NCBI GenBank assembly: GCA_031547305.1
Contig: JAVBSC010000019.1
Location: 38,609-102,608 of the forward strand
Direction: 5' to 3'
Source: Desulfovibrionaceae bacterium
Lineage (GTDB): Bacteria; Desulfobacterota; Desulfovibrionia; Desulfovibrionales; Desulfovibrionaceae
DNA: 64,000 nt
Both the position numbers and the translations under genes were made by a program. This document shows positions 9,161 through 18,080 of the stretch, one piece after another (position 1 is the first letter of the stretch; each line of letters begins with the position of its first letter). Below the pieces are notes generated by a model. It made no database searches. It saw only the letters and a list, made by a program, of their open reading frames with translations, and had not been told where the DNA came from.

Positions 9161-9421
9161 TCAGTCGGCGATCGCCGCCTTTTTATGGACGGTCTTTTTT
9201 GCATAGGCGACCTGCTTTTTGTGCGTGGCTGTCTTTTTGGCGGAGGCCTTGCTTTTTTTGGTCACAGCAGCCTTTTTGTGCGTCCCGTTTTCTTTCTTTT
9301 TCACATAGCCGCTTTCTTTTTTGCTCTTTGTGGCAAGGTTGGCCGCGAAGGCCGGCGAACCCGCCAGAGAAACGCACAGTAAAGCGCAGCCAAAAAGGCA
9401 GAGCATTTTTTTGACGGACAT
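9161..9421 (-). CDS. Small exported polycationic protein (Lys-rich, three HKK repeats)
   Basis: Signal peptide MSVKKMLCLFGCALLCVSLAGSPAFA. The mature part of about 60 aa has 19 Lys. The 12-mer CTTTTTGTGCGT occurs twice (9215-9226, 9272-9283). Confidence 0.55.
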   Translation of the reverse strand: MSVKKMLCLFGCALLCVSLAGSPAFAANLATKSKKESGYVKKKENGTHKKAAVTKKSKASAKKTATHKKQVAYAKKTVHKKAAIAD

Positions 9422-9699
9422 AAAAAACCTTGTTTTTTATTTGATAATAAGTGTTGATGGTTAAAACGAATCTGTGAACTTCGCTGTGCGAAAAGGCCTG
9501 CTATTATGAGCCGTCTTTCTCAGATTAAGGCTCCGGCTGGAGTTTTTCCTCCTGGTAAAGTTCGTGACGCTGAATCCGTTCTAAAGCGTCGTCCGGTTAA
9601 AAACGCGATCGACATGCAATTTCTTTTATTCGTTTTTTAAAAAAAAGCTACGGGTCTAAAGACTTTTTCTATAAAAAATCTAGAATTTTTTTCCGGAAT

Positions 9700-9737
9700 A
9701 AAAAAATGCCCGGCAGTTACCCGCCGGGCATTTTTTT
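9700..9737 (-). terminator. Rho-independent (bidirectional-looking) terminator
   Basis: A7, then ATGCCCGGC (9706-9714) paired with GCCGGGCAT (9723-9731), then T7. Lies 13 nt downstream of the OmpA-family stop. Confidence 0.75.
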
Positions 9738-9749
9738 AGAAGTTATTTT

Positions 9750-10757
9750 TTACTTGTAGTACAGTTCGGCGCGGCGGTTCAGGCGGCGGCCTTCTTCCGT
9801 GCTGTTGTCGTACTTGGGCTTGGTTTCGCCGTAGCCGGAGGTGTTCATGTTGGCGGCGGGCACGCCCTTGTTGGACAGGTACTTCTTAACCGCGGCGGCG
9901 CGGCGTTCGGACAGGCCCTGGTTGTATTGCTCAGTGCCGATGGAGCAGGTGTGGCCGTCGATCTGTATCTGGCCGGGGTTCTGCTTCAGGATGGAGGCGA
10001 CTTCGTCCAGGATGGCGGCGGAAGAGCCGTCAATGGCGCTGGAATCAAAGGCGAACTGCACGCTGCGCAGCACGATGCGGCCGGGTTCTTCGCCGTAGCT
10101 GTAGAACACGTCGCGCACGAACTGGTCAACAGCGGCGTCGTTGGTCAAAAGGTCGGCGCCTTTCACGGAAACGCTGCACTTGTTCAGAGCGGCGATTTTA
10201 TCCAGAGTGGCCTGGCCCTGGGCGGAGTCGGCCAGAGAGATGATGTGGAAGCACAGGCCCGGCTGGGCGGCGTAAATGGCCTGGACTTCGGCCACAGGAT
10301 CCATGCCCTTGTTGCTTTCACCGTCGCTCACGATAATGACGGCGGCTTTGCGGGTCATGCTGTTGTACGTGGGGGAAAGGTTGGCCAGCCCGTCGCCCAT
10401 GGGGGTGAGGCGGTTGAACACTTCAAAGTTGTTCTTCAGGCTGTTGATGCCTTTGCCCAGGTTTTCACGATTGTAGGGGGCGATGGGCACAACTTCGCTC
10501 ACCGGAGCAAAGGTGTGCAGGCCGCCGGCGTAATTCAGCGCGGGAATTTTATCGTTCACGCGATTCATGATTATTTTGGCAAGTTCAATTTTGTCTTTTT
10601 TCAGGGGCTGATATTTCATCATCATGGAGCCGGAGTAGTCCACCAGAAAGTCAAAGCTGGCGATCTTGGGGATCATCTGGCCGGACGCCGCCACGGCGCT
10701 GCCTGCAAACACAAGCATGAGCATGGCGATTAAGGAAAGTACGGTAAAGCGCTTCAT
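9750..10757 (-). CDS. vWA-domain / OmpA-family peptidoglycan-binding envelope protein
   Basis: Signal peptide MKRFTVLSLIAMLMLVFAGSAVA. MIDAS DxSxS (VDYSGSM). C-terminal OmpA domain (FAFDSS...GHTCSIGTEQYNQGLSERRAAAV...NRRAELYY). Start 10757 is preceded by GGAGG. Confidence 0.85.
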   Translation of the reverse strand: MKRFTVLSLIAMLMLVFAGSAVAASGQMIPKIASFDFLVDYSGSMMMKYQPLKKDKIELAKIIMNRVNDKIPALNYAGGLHTFAPVSEVVPIAPYNRENLGKGINSLKNNFEVFNRLTPMGDGLANLSPTYNSMTRKAAVIIVSDGESNKGMDPVAEVQAIYAAQPGLCFHIISLADSAQGQATLDKIAALNKCSVSVKGADLLTNDAAVDQFVRDVFYSYGEEPGRIVLRSVQFAFDSSAIDGSSAAILDEVASILKQNPGQIQIDGHTCSIGTEQYNQGLSERRAAAVKKYLSNKGVPAANMNTSGYGETKPKYDNSTEEGRRLNRRAELYYK

Positions 10758-10883
10758 GAATTCCTCCAAAAGAGTAGGGTGTTGGCTCAGCAGTTTTTTG
10801 CCTGGCAGAAGAAATCTTACTAGCAACCTTGCTGAAATACAACTAATTTATCTGAAAATCCATTGCCGATATTAAACTCTTTT

Positions 10884-12260
10884 TTATGCTATAGGTTCCT
10901 GAGTACCTAACATAGCCGATTTTAAGGCTTCGTCAAGAGCGGGATGAGCGAAAATTATCTTTTCCGCATCTTTTTTCTTCCAGCCCTGGGCGACCATTAG
11001 TGCGGCCAGAGCGGAAAATCTGGAAACACCGTGTCCCATTGCTGCTACTGATTTGATTTTCCCCTCCATCCAGCATATTTTTATAATTCCATGCGTATCG
11101 CCGTAGCTGTTGGCTATGGAGTTGTCCGTAAGACCGCCCCGGCTTACGGACAGCCGCGGTCCTTCGCCTGAATGTTTTTTGGACAGCACAGCGGCCGGGT
11201 CTCCGGCATGCATCACTTCGATATGCCCGTATATGCAGGATGGAATTAGGCTTCCGTCGTACGGTGCGGATGTTTCCCCGCAAATATGCCGCACCGCGTA
11301 TTCGGCCTGGTCCCGGGCCGCGTTGGAGAGCAACATGCGTCCGTTCGCATCTCCTATAGCATATATTGCATCCCGCGCAAGCAAATTAGCATCGGTTTCT
11401 ATCCACCCCGGCCCGCGCAGGCTTAGGCCGGCATTCTCCGCTCCCAGATCCTTGGTGTTGGGTCTGCGGCCAACGGCCACCAGGGATTTTTCCGCCTTCA
11501 GCTCCTGGCCGTCCTCAAAGCGCAACACGGATTCGCCGTTTTCCGTGGACAGCCCGGCCACCTTGCGGCCGGTGTAAATGTTCCACCCCCGTTCCGTGTA
11601 CAGTTTCAACAGAGCTGCGCTGATTTCCTCGTCCTCGGTAGTGGCTATGCGCGACTGGCCCTCCACAATGCTTATGCCCGCGCCCAGACGGGAATAAAAA
11701 TCCGCCAGTTCCAGCCCTATGGCCCCGCCGCCCACGATAATCAGGCTTTTGGGCGCGGTCTTCAGGTTAAGCAAGCCTGATGAGGAAAAGATGCTGGCGT
11801 TGTCCGGCTTAAGCGTGGGAAACGAGGCCGGAGCGGAGCCGACGGCAATTACGCAGTGCTTGAAGCCATAGGCGGCGCTTGCCCCGCCTTTGCGCACCAG
11901 GATCGAGGTTTTGCTTTCAAATGCGGCCGTGCCGCTGAGCAGGTCCACGCCGGCCGTTTCCAGATTTTCCCGCAGGGCGCCGCGCAGCTCTTTGATGTAC
12001 GCGTCTTTACGGGCCTGGAGGGCGGCCAGATCGCAGGTCAGCTCCCCCTTCAACGCGCCGAGTTTGCCTTGCAGTTCCGCAAGGGGCATGGCGGCGGTGC
12101 TCCCCAGCAGGAATTTTGTGGGAACGCAGCCGGTGTTCAGGCAGGCTCCGCCAAAAAAACCGGACTCCACCAGCGCGGTTTTGAGCCCCTTGGCGGCGGC
12201 CAGAAGCGCGGCGCGCTCCCCGCCCGGCCCGGAGCCTATAACTATAAGGTCATATATCAT
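10884..12260 (-). CDS. lpd: Dihydrolipoyl dehydrogenase (L protein)
   Basis: GSGPGG FAD fold and redox disulfide GGACLNTGCVPTK. The start (ATG 12260) overlaps the gcvPB stop by 11 nt. Confidence 0.85.
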   Translation of the reverse strand: MIYDLIVIGSGPGGERAALLAAAKGLKTALVESGFFGGACLNTGCVPTKFLLGSTAAMPLAELQGKLGALKGELTCDLAALQARKDAYIKELRGALRENLETAGVDLLSGTAAFESKTSILVRKGGASAAYGFKHCVIAVGSAPASFPTLKPDNASIFSSSGLLNLKTAPKSLIIVGGGAIGLELADFYSRLGAGISIVEGQSRIATTEDEEISAALLKLYTERGWNIYTGRKVAGLSTENGESVLRFEDGQELKAEKSLVAVGRRPNTKDLGAENAGLSLRGPGWIETDANLLARDAIYAIGDANGRMLLSNAARDQAEYAVRHICGETSAPYDGSLIPSCIYGHIEVMHAGDPAAVLSKKHSGEGPRLSVSRGGLTDNSIANSYGDTHGIIKICWMEGKIKSVAAMGHGVSRFSALAALMVAQGWKKKDAEKIIFAHPALDEALKSAMLGTQEPIA

Positions 12261-13695
12261 CGGTAAGCACCATATTGCGCGCGGCCTTGGTTTCGTCCAG
12301 GCGGCGCACCGGCAATCCAACCGGCGCGTCGCGCAGGACCTGCGGGTCGGTGGCGGCTTTTTCCAGTATCGCGATCAAATCGTCGCAGAATTTGTCCAGA
12401 GTTTCCTTGCTTTCCGTTTCCGTGGGCTCGATCATCAGGCATTCCTTGACGATGAGCGGGAAGTAAATGGTCGGCGCGTGGTAGCCCTTGTCCAGAAGCG
12501 CCTTGGCAATGTCCAGAGCCCGCACGCCGTATTGCTCCAGGCTGGCGGCCGAGGCGACGAACTCGTGCATGCACAGCCCGGGGTAGGGGATGTGCAGATG
12601 TTTCTCCAGGCGTTTCATAATGTAGTTGGCGTTGAGCACCGCGTAATCGGAAGCTCTGGCCAGCCCGTTGCCGCCCAGGCGCAGCATGTAGCCAAGGGCT
12701 TTCAGGTAAACGCCGAAATGCCCGAAGAACGGAGTGACCCGTCCGATGGATTGCGGCAGATCCGCGTTCAGGCGGAATGCTCCGTCAGCGGTTTGCTCCA
12801 CCCTGGGGCCGGGCAGAAAAGGCTCCAGCGCCCGGCAGACGCCAACCGGTCCGGAGCCGGGGCCGCCCCCGCCGTGCGGAGTGGACATGGTTTTGTGCAG
12901 GTTCAGGTGCACCACGTCAAAACCCACGTCGCCCATGCGCATGCGGCCCATGATCGCGTTGAAGTTGGCGCCGTCGTAGTAGAGCAGGGCATCCACGGCG
13001 CGCAGCTTTTCCACTATGGCCGGCAGATGGCGTTCAAAAATGCCCAGGGTGTTCGGGCAGGTCATCATGACCGCGGCCACGGAATCATCCAGGACCGAGA
13101 GCAGGGCTTCCGGGTCCACCAGCCCGTCGCGGGATTCCACATTGACCACGTCATACCCGGCCAGGGCGGCGGAAGCCGGGTTGGTGCCGTGCGCGGAATC
13201 CGGGCAGATGACCCTGGTCTTGTGGTTGCCTTTGGCCCGGTGGTAGGCGGCTATGAGCAGGGCGCCGGTCAATTCGCCCTGGGCTCCGGCCATGGGTTGC
13301 AGGGTAAAGGCGTCCATGCCGGTCAGTTCGCAGAGCATCCGTTCGGCGCGCCAGATGGCCTCCAGGGCGCCCTGGGCCAGGGCATCCCCGCCGGGCAGCG
13401 CGGGCAGCAGCGGGTGCGGCCGGGCAAAACCAGGCAGGCCGGCCAGGTATTCGGTGAATCTTGGGTTATACTTCATGGTGCAGGATCCCAAAGGGTAGAA
13501 GTTGGAATCCACGCTGAAGTTCTGGCGGGAAAGCAGAGTGAAGTGCCGGACCACGTCAAGTTCGGAGAGTTCCGGCAGCCTTGGCGCATTTTTGCGCAAA
13601 AGTTCCGGGCCGAGCATTTCCCAGGCTTTGCGGCCGGGTTTTTGCGGCAGAACCCCGGTCCGGCCGGAATGGGATTTGGCGAATACGGTGTTCAC
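12250..13695 (-). CDS. gcvPB: Glycine dehydrogenase (decarboxylating) subunit 2
   Basis: 481 aa, typical GcvPB sequence including the PLP-Lys region (HLNLHKTMSTPHGGGGPG). Confidence 0.9.
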   Translation of the reverse strand: MNTVFAKSHSGRTGVLPQKPGRKAWEMLGPELLRKNAPRLPELSELDVVRHFTLLSRQNFSVDSNFYPLGSCTMKYNPRFTEYLAGLPGFARPHPLLPALPGGDALAQGALEAIWRAERMLCELTGMDAFTLQPMAGAQGELTGALLIAAYHRAKGNHKTRVICPDSAHGTNPASAALAGYDVVNVESRDGLVDPEALLSVLDDSVAAVMMTCPNTLGIFERHLPAIVEKLRAVDALLYYDGANFNAIMGRMRMGDVGFDVVHLNLHKTMSTPHGGGGPGSGPVGVCRALEPFLPGPRVEQTADGAFRLNADLPQSIGRVTPFFGHFGVYLKALGYMLRLGGNGLARASDYAVLNANYIMKRLEKHLHIPYPGLCMHEFVASAASLEQYGVRALDIAKALLDKGYHAPTIYFPLIVKECLMIEPTETESKETLDKFCDDLIAILEKAATDPQVLRDAPVGLPVRRLDETKAARNMVLTDDI

Positions 13696-15023
13696 AATAT
13701 GGCTCCCATGGCCTTTTTAAGGCATTCAATGTCGTAATCGGAAGTCTGTTCCGTGCAGGCTACCAACAGCGCGTTTTGCAGGCCGCCGTACCACAGGCCC
13801 AGGGGCGCTCCGGCCATGACGTCCCGCTTCAGCAGGGCATCCACAAGCTCGTCCGCCGGCTTTGGCAGAACAACGGCGAACTCGTTGCCGTACGGGGCGT
13901 CGTTCAGCATTTTTACCCCCGGCAGCGCGCACAGGGCGTCGGCCGCCTTGCGGGCCCGCTCCATACCCAGTTCCGCCGTGCGGGTGAGCCCCTCCGGGCC
14001 CAGCAGGCAGATGTGGATCAACGCGCGCAGGGCGCATAAAGCCTGGTTGGAACAGATGTTCGAAGTGGCTTTGGCCCGGCGGATATGCTGCTCCCTGGCC
14101 TGCAGGGTGAGCACATAGCCGGTTTTTCCTTCCAGATCTTCTGTGCGGCCCACGATGCGGCCGGGCATCTGGCGCACCAGATCCTTGGAGCAGGCCATTA
14201 TGCCCAGATACGGACCGCCAAAGCCAAGGGGCTGGCCAAGGGACTGCCCGTCCGCCACGGCTATGTCCGCCCCCATTTCGCCGGGGGTTTTCAGCACCGC
14301 CTGCATGACCGGATAAACGGAAAGGATGTTCAGGGCTCCGGCCTGCCTGGCCTGGGAGAACAGGTCCGTGTAATCAACGACCGCCCCGAAAAAACAGGGA
14401 TTCTGAACGATCAGCGCCGCGCTGCCGGAATTGATGGCCGCGCCCAGGGCGGGCAGATCCGGCAGTCCCCGCTTGTGGGGAATGGTTTTGATCTCCACGT
14501 CCACATTGGCGGTCAGGGTGGCCAGCATGGACCGGTACAGCGGGTTCACCGCCTCATCCACCAGGATGATCCGGCGCCTGGTGGCGCGCACGGCCATCAT
14601 GGCCGCTTCAAAGATGGCGCTGCCCCCGTCGTAAACCGAGGCGTTGGCTATATCCATGCCCAGCAGCCTGGCCATGGCCGTCTGATATTCAAAAATGGCC
14701 TGCAGTGTGCCCTGGGCCGCTTCCGGCTGATAGGGCGTGTACGCGGTGAAAAATTCCCCGCGCGAACAGAGCGCGTCCACGGCCTTGGGAATGCTGTGAT
14801 TGTAGAAGCCAGCGCCCAGAAACATGTGCCGGCTGGACAGGTTTTTGGCGGCAAGGGATTCCAGCAGGCCGCAAACCTGGGATTCTGAAAGCCCGTCCGG
14901 CAGGTTGAAGCTTTTGGGGCGCATATCCGCCGGAATTCCGGCGAACAGGTCGTCCAGGCTATTCAGGCCAACGGCCTGGAGCATCGCGGCGCTTTCTTCC
15001 GGGGTGTGGGGAATAAACGGCAT
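13692..15023 (-). CDS. gcvPA: Glycine dehydrogenase (decarboxylating) subunit 1
   Basis: 443 aa, N-terminal MPFIPHTPEE... and FFTAYTPYQPEAAQG, typical of GcvPA. 4-nt overlap with gcvPB. Confidence 0.9.
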   Translation of the reverse strand: MPFIPHTPEESAAMLQAVGLNSLDDLFAGIPADMRPKSFNLPDGLSESQVCGLLESLAAKNLSSRHMFLGAGFYNHSIPKAVDALCSRGEFFTAYTPYQPEAAQGTLQAIFEYQTAMARLLGMDIANASVYDGGSAIFEAAMMAVRATRRRIILVDEAVNPLYRSMLATLTANVDVEIKTIPHKRGLPDLPALGAAINSGSAALIVQNPCFFGAVVDYTDLFSQARQAGALNILSVYPVMQAVLKTPGEMGADIAVADGQSLGQPLGFGGPYLGIMACSKDLVRQMPGRIVGRTEDLEGKTGYVLTLQAREQHIRRAKATSNICSNQALCALRALIHICLLGPEGLTRTAELGMERARKAADALCALPGVKMLNDAPYGNEFAVVLPKPADELVDALLKRDVMAGAPLGLWYGGLQNALLVACTEQTSDYDIECLKKAMGAIL

Positions 15024-15027
15024 AGGC

Positions 15028-15402
15028 TTAACCCTGGATTGTTTTTTGATATTCGTCAGCGGAGAGCAGCCCGGACAGCGGCGCGGAAAATTTTACCCGG
15101 ATCATCCAGCCTTCATTGTAGGGGGAAGTGTTTACCAGCTCCGGGGATTGCTCAAGGGCGGCGTTTACGGCCGTGACTTCACCGGCGACCGGGCAATACA
15201 GCTCACTGGCCGCCTTGACGGATTCAATGGAGCCCATTTCCTGCCCGGCGCCCAGATGCGCGCCGACTTTGGGCAGATCCACAAACGTCACGTCCCCCAG
15301 TTGCTCCTGAGCGAAATGGGTGATGCCGATCACGGCTTCCGCGCCTTCTTCTCTTATCCACTCGTGGGAATCCACATATTTAAGCTCTTTGGGTATGCTC
15401 AT
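15028..15402 (-). CDS. gcvH: Glycine cleavage system H protein
   Basis: 124 aa, lipoyl-lysine motif [20 protein letters not shown]. Confidence 0.9.
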   Translation of the reverse strand: MSIPKELKYVDSHEWIREEGAEAVIGITHFAQEQLGDVTFVDLPKVGAHLGAGQEMGSIESVKAASELYCPVAGEVTAVNAALEQSPELVNTSPYNEGWMIRVKFSAPLSGLLSADEYQKTIQG

Positions 15403-15444
15403 TCCGGAAGCTCCTTAAAGTTTGTAATTCAGGCACGCGATCTT

Positions 15445-15494
15445 AAAAACGGCAATAAATCAAGGCGAAAGACGGCTTTGGGCCGCCTTCCGCC
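15445..15494 (-). terminator. Candidate terminator after the receiver gene
   Basis: 13-bp stem (15464-15476 pairs with 15482-15494, two G-U pairs), followed on the minus strand by TTGATTTATTGCCGTTTTT. Confidence 0.45.
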
Positions 15495-15515
15495 TTTATT
15501 TATTCGACAAAAAAA

Positions 15516-15929
15516 TCAGTTGACGGCGCTTTCCAGGCTTATTCCGCAGGAAGCCAGTTCTTGAAGCAGAACCTGCTTGTGGATGGGTTTTACAATGTAA
15601 CTCTCGGCCTGCCCGAGAAAAAAAGCGTCGTGTACTTCCTCATTGTTGTCCAGCCCGGAAATCATAATGACCTTGGCGGCCTTGTCCGTGGGAACGCCGT
15701 GTTCTTTTTCGATTTCCCTGAGTTCGCGCAAGGCCTGCTGACCATCCATGTTCGGCATGACAATGTCGAGAAACACAATGTCGTACGGTTCGGAATCCTC
15801 CAGGGCTGATTTGAAGGATGCGATGCACTCCTCGCCGTCCGTGGCCACGTCGACAAAGCCGTAAGGGTGAAGGATTTTCTGAACTATCCTGCGTGCTTCA
15901 AAATCGTCATCCACTACCAAAAACCGCAT
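15516..15929 (-). CDS. Single-domain response regulator (CheY-like receiver)
   Basis: MRFLVVDDD acidic pocket, phospho-acceptor context IVFLDIVMPNMDG, and a conserved Lys in YIVKP. No output domain. Confidence 0.85.
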   Translation of the reverse strand: MRFLVVDDDFEARRIVQKILHPYGFVDVATDGEECIASFKSALEDSEPYDIVFLDIVMPNMDGQQALRELREIEKEHGVPTDKAAKVIMISGLDNNEEVHDAFFLGQAESYIVKPIHKQVLLQELASCGISLESAVN

Positions 15930-16261
15930 GGTCCCCGACCTCCTGCTGAAGTACGCCTAAGCAATTTCCCCACGTTTCCTCAATGACCTATAAAGAACAT
16001 CCGCAGTTTTAAGCAATTGAATTCGGCAATTATCATTTGTAAATGAATATAGATTATTAAATAATGGGAAAATCAAATTATAGCAAATAATATTTTTGAC
16101 AAAATTACTTTAGCTGGCAGCACGGCTAAGGTCAATCTCAATTACCCGTTTAAAATTGGCAAGTTACGCCAGTCGCGACCCCGCAGTGGCGCGCGCCGCC
16201 GCGAGCGGCTGGAGCCGAACAAAAATCCGTCTTTTTGCGATCTTCACACCGAACCGGCGGG

Positions 16262-17887
16262 CTAGGCGTGACATGACGCCAGCGCGGCATTCACAATGGC
16301 CTGGGCCTCTTTTTGCAAAAGGCCAAGATGTTCCCGGCCTATAAAACTTTCCGCGTAAATTTTGTAAATATCTTCCGTGCCGGATGGCCGGGCGGCAAAC
16401 CAGCCGCTACGCGTCGCCACTTTAAGTCCGCCTATGGGGGCGTCGTTGCCGGGCGCGCGGGTAAACACGGCGGTTATGGACTCGCCGGCCAACGCTTTGG
16501 CTTTTACCAGTTCCGGGGTCATTGAAGCGAGAATTTTTTTCTGCGCGGCTGTGGCCGGGGCGTCCATGCGCTCATAGTAAGGCGTGCCGAATTTGCCGGT
16601 CAGTTCGGCATATATTCCGGCCGGATTCGCGTGGCTTTTAGCGGTCATTTCCGCGGCCAGCAGGGCCAGAATCAGGCCGTCCTTGTCTGTGCTCCAGGCC
16701 CGGCCGTCCAAGGTCAGAAACGAGGCCCCGGCGCTTTCCTCGCCGCCAAAGGCGCAACCGCCGTCCAGCAGTCCGGGCACAAACCATTTGAACCCCACCG
16801 GCACTTCGTAGAGTTCGCGCTCCAGGGCCTGGGCCACGCGATCCAGCAGGGAACTGGTGACCAGGGTTTTGCCCACGGCCGCGTCTTTTCGCCAGCCTGG
16901 GCGATTGCGGAACAAATACCAGACGCAGGCCGCCAGGTAGTGGTTGGGATTCATCAACCCTGCCGATGTTACAATACCGTGGCGATCTCCGTCCGGATCG
17001 TTGCCAAAAGACAGATCATAACGGGCGGCCAATTTTATCAGTCCGGCCATGGCCCAGGGTGATGAGCAGTCCATGCGGATTTTGCCGTCGTGATCCGGAG
17101 GCATGAAGGCGAAAGTGGGATCCAGGGCCGGGTTCACGATCTCCAGATTCAGACCGTGGCGTTCGGCAATGCGCCCCCAGCAGGACAGGGTGGAGCCGCC
17201 CAAGGGGTCCGCGCCCAGGCGCAGCCCGGAAGCGGCGATAGCCGGCATGTCCAGAACCTGTCCGAGGTTTTCAATATAGGTCTGGATCAGGTCCTGACTT
17301 TGCACGCAGGGGGCTTTTACCGCCCGCTCGTAAGGCAGGCGTTTGACCGCCATGTTTCGACCGGCCAGAAGCTCGTTGGCCCGTCTTTCAATCCAGGCGG
17401 TGACCTTTGTGTCCGCCGGGCCGCCGTGCGGCGGATTGTACTTGAAGCCGCCGTCCCGCGGCGGGTTGTGCGAAGGGGTGATGACGATTCCGTCGCCGGG
17501 CCGTTCCGGATTTTTGCGGTTGTGTTCCAGAATGTTGTGGGAAATGACCGGCGTGGGCACGGCGTCCAGGCCTTCCTGGATGCGCGCCTCCACCTCGTTG
17601 GCGGCCAGAACCTCCAGAGCGCTCCGGTGGGCCGGGGCGGACAGGGCATGGGTATCCATGCCCATAAACAGCGGTCCGGCAATATTGTTTTGCTGACGGT
17701 ATTCGCAGACAGCCTGGGTTACGGCCAGAACGTGGGCCTCGGTAAAGCCGCCGTTCAGGCTGGTGCCGCGATGTCCGGAAGTGCCGAAGGCGACTTTTTG
17801 CGCCGGATTATCCGGATCCGGAACTGTTTTGTAATAGGAATCAATCAGGAATTTTACATCCGTAAGAGCCGGCGCTTTGTCGCTCAT
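16262..17887 (-). CDS. pgm: Phosphoglucomutase, alpha-D-glucose phosphate-specific
   Basis: 541 aa, [10 protein letters not shown] and the catalytic Ser loop ITPSHNPP. Confidence 0.9.
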   Translation of the reverse strand: MSDKAPALTDVKFLIDSYYKTVPDPDNPAQKVAFGTSGHRGTSLNGGFTEAHVLAVTQAVCEYRQQNNIAGPLFMGMDTHALSAPAHRSALEVLAANEVEARIQEGLDAVPTPVISHNILEHNRKNPERPGDGIVITPSHNPPRDGGFKYNPPHGGPADTKVTAWIERRANELLAGRNMAVKRLPYERAVKAPCVQSQDLIQTYIENLGQVLDMPAIAASGLRLGADPLGGSTLSCWGRIAERHGLNLEIVNPALDPTFAFMPPDHDGKIRMDCSSPWAMAGLIKLAARYDLSFGNDPDGDRHGIVTSAGLMNPNHYLAACVWYLFRNRPGWRKDAAVGKTLVTSSLLDRVAQALERELYEVPVGFKWFVPGLLDGGCAFGGEESAGASFLTLDGRAWSTDKDGLILALLAAEMTAKSHANPAGIYAELTGKFGTPYYERMDAPATAAQKKILASMTPELVKAKALAGESITAVFTRAPGNDAPIGGLKVATRSGWFAARPSGTEDIYKIYAESFIGREHLGLLQKEAQAIVNAALASCHA

Positions 17888-18080
17888 TCTCGCCTTCCCT
17901 GGTCAGATTGTTAAGGTTTGGTCCTTATACAACCACTATGCCGGCATGAAAAGGCCAAATCTATATAAAATAACAGCGCTCCGGATGCCCGCGTTGATTT
18001 TTGCGGGAAATCAGCGGCGAATCATCGGAACCGCTTTTGCCGCCATCCCCAGGCCGGCCTGGAAGGGATTTTCGGAGTCG

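Noticed and set aside
11890-13737. 615-aa plus-strand ORF
   Set aside because: It is antisense to lpd and gcvPB, both recognised by conserved motifs. Shadow ORF.
15403-15515. Possible glycine riboswitch in the gcvH leader
   Set aside because: The minus-strand reading of the 113 nt shows none of the conserved glycine-aptamer elements (no GGAGAG ... ACCGAAGGGGCAA-like cores). Most of the space is taken by a terminator-like hairpin belonging to the upstream receiver gene.
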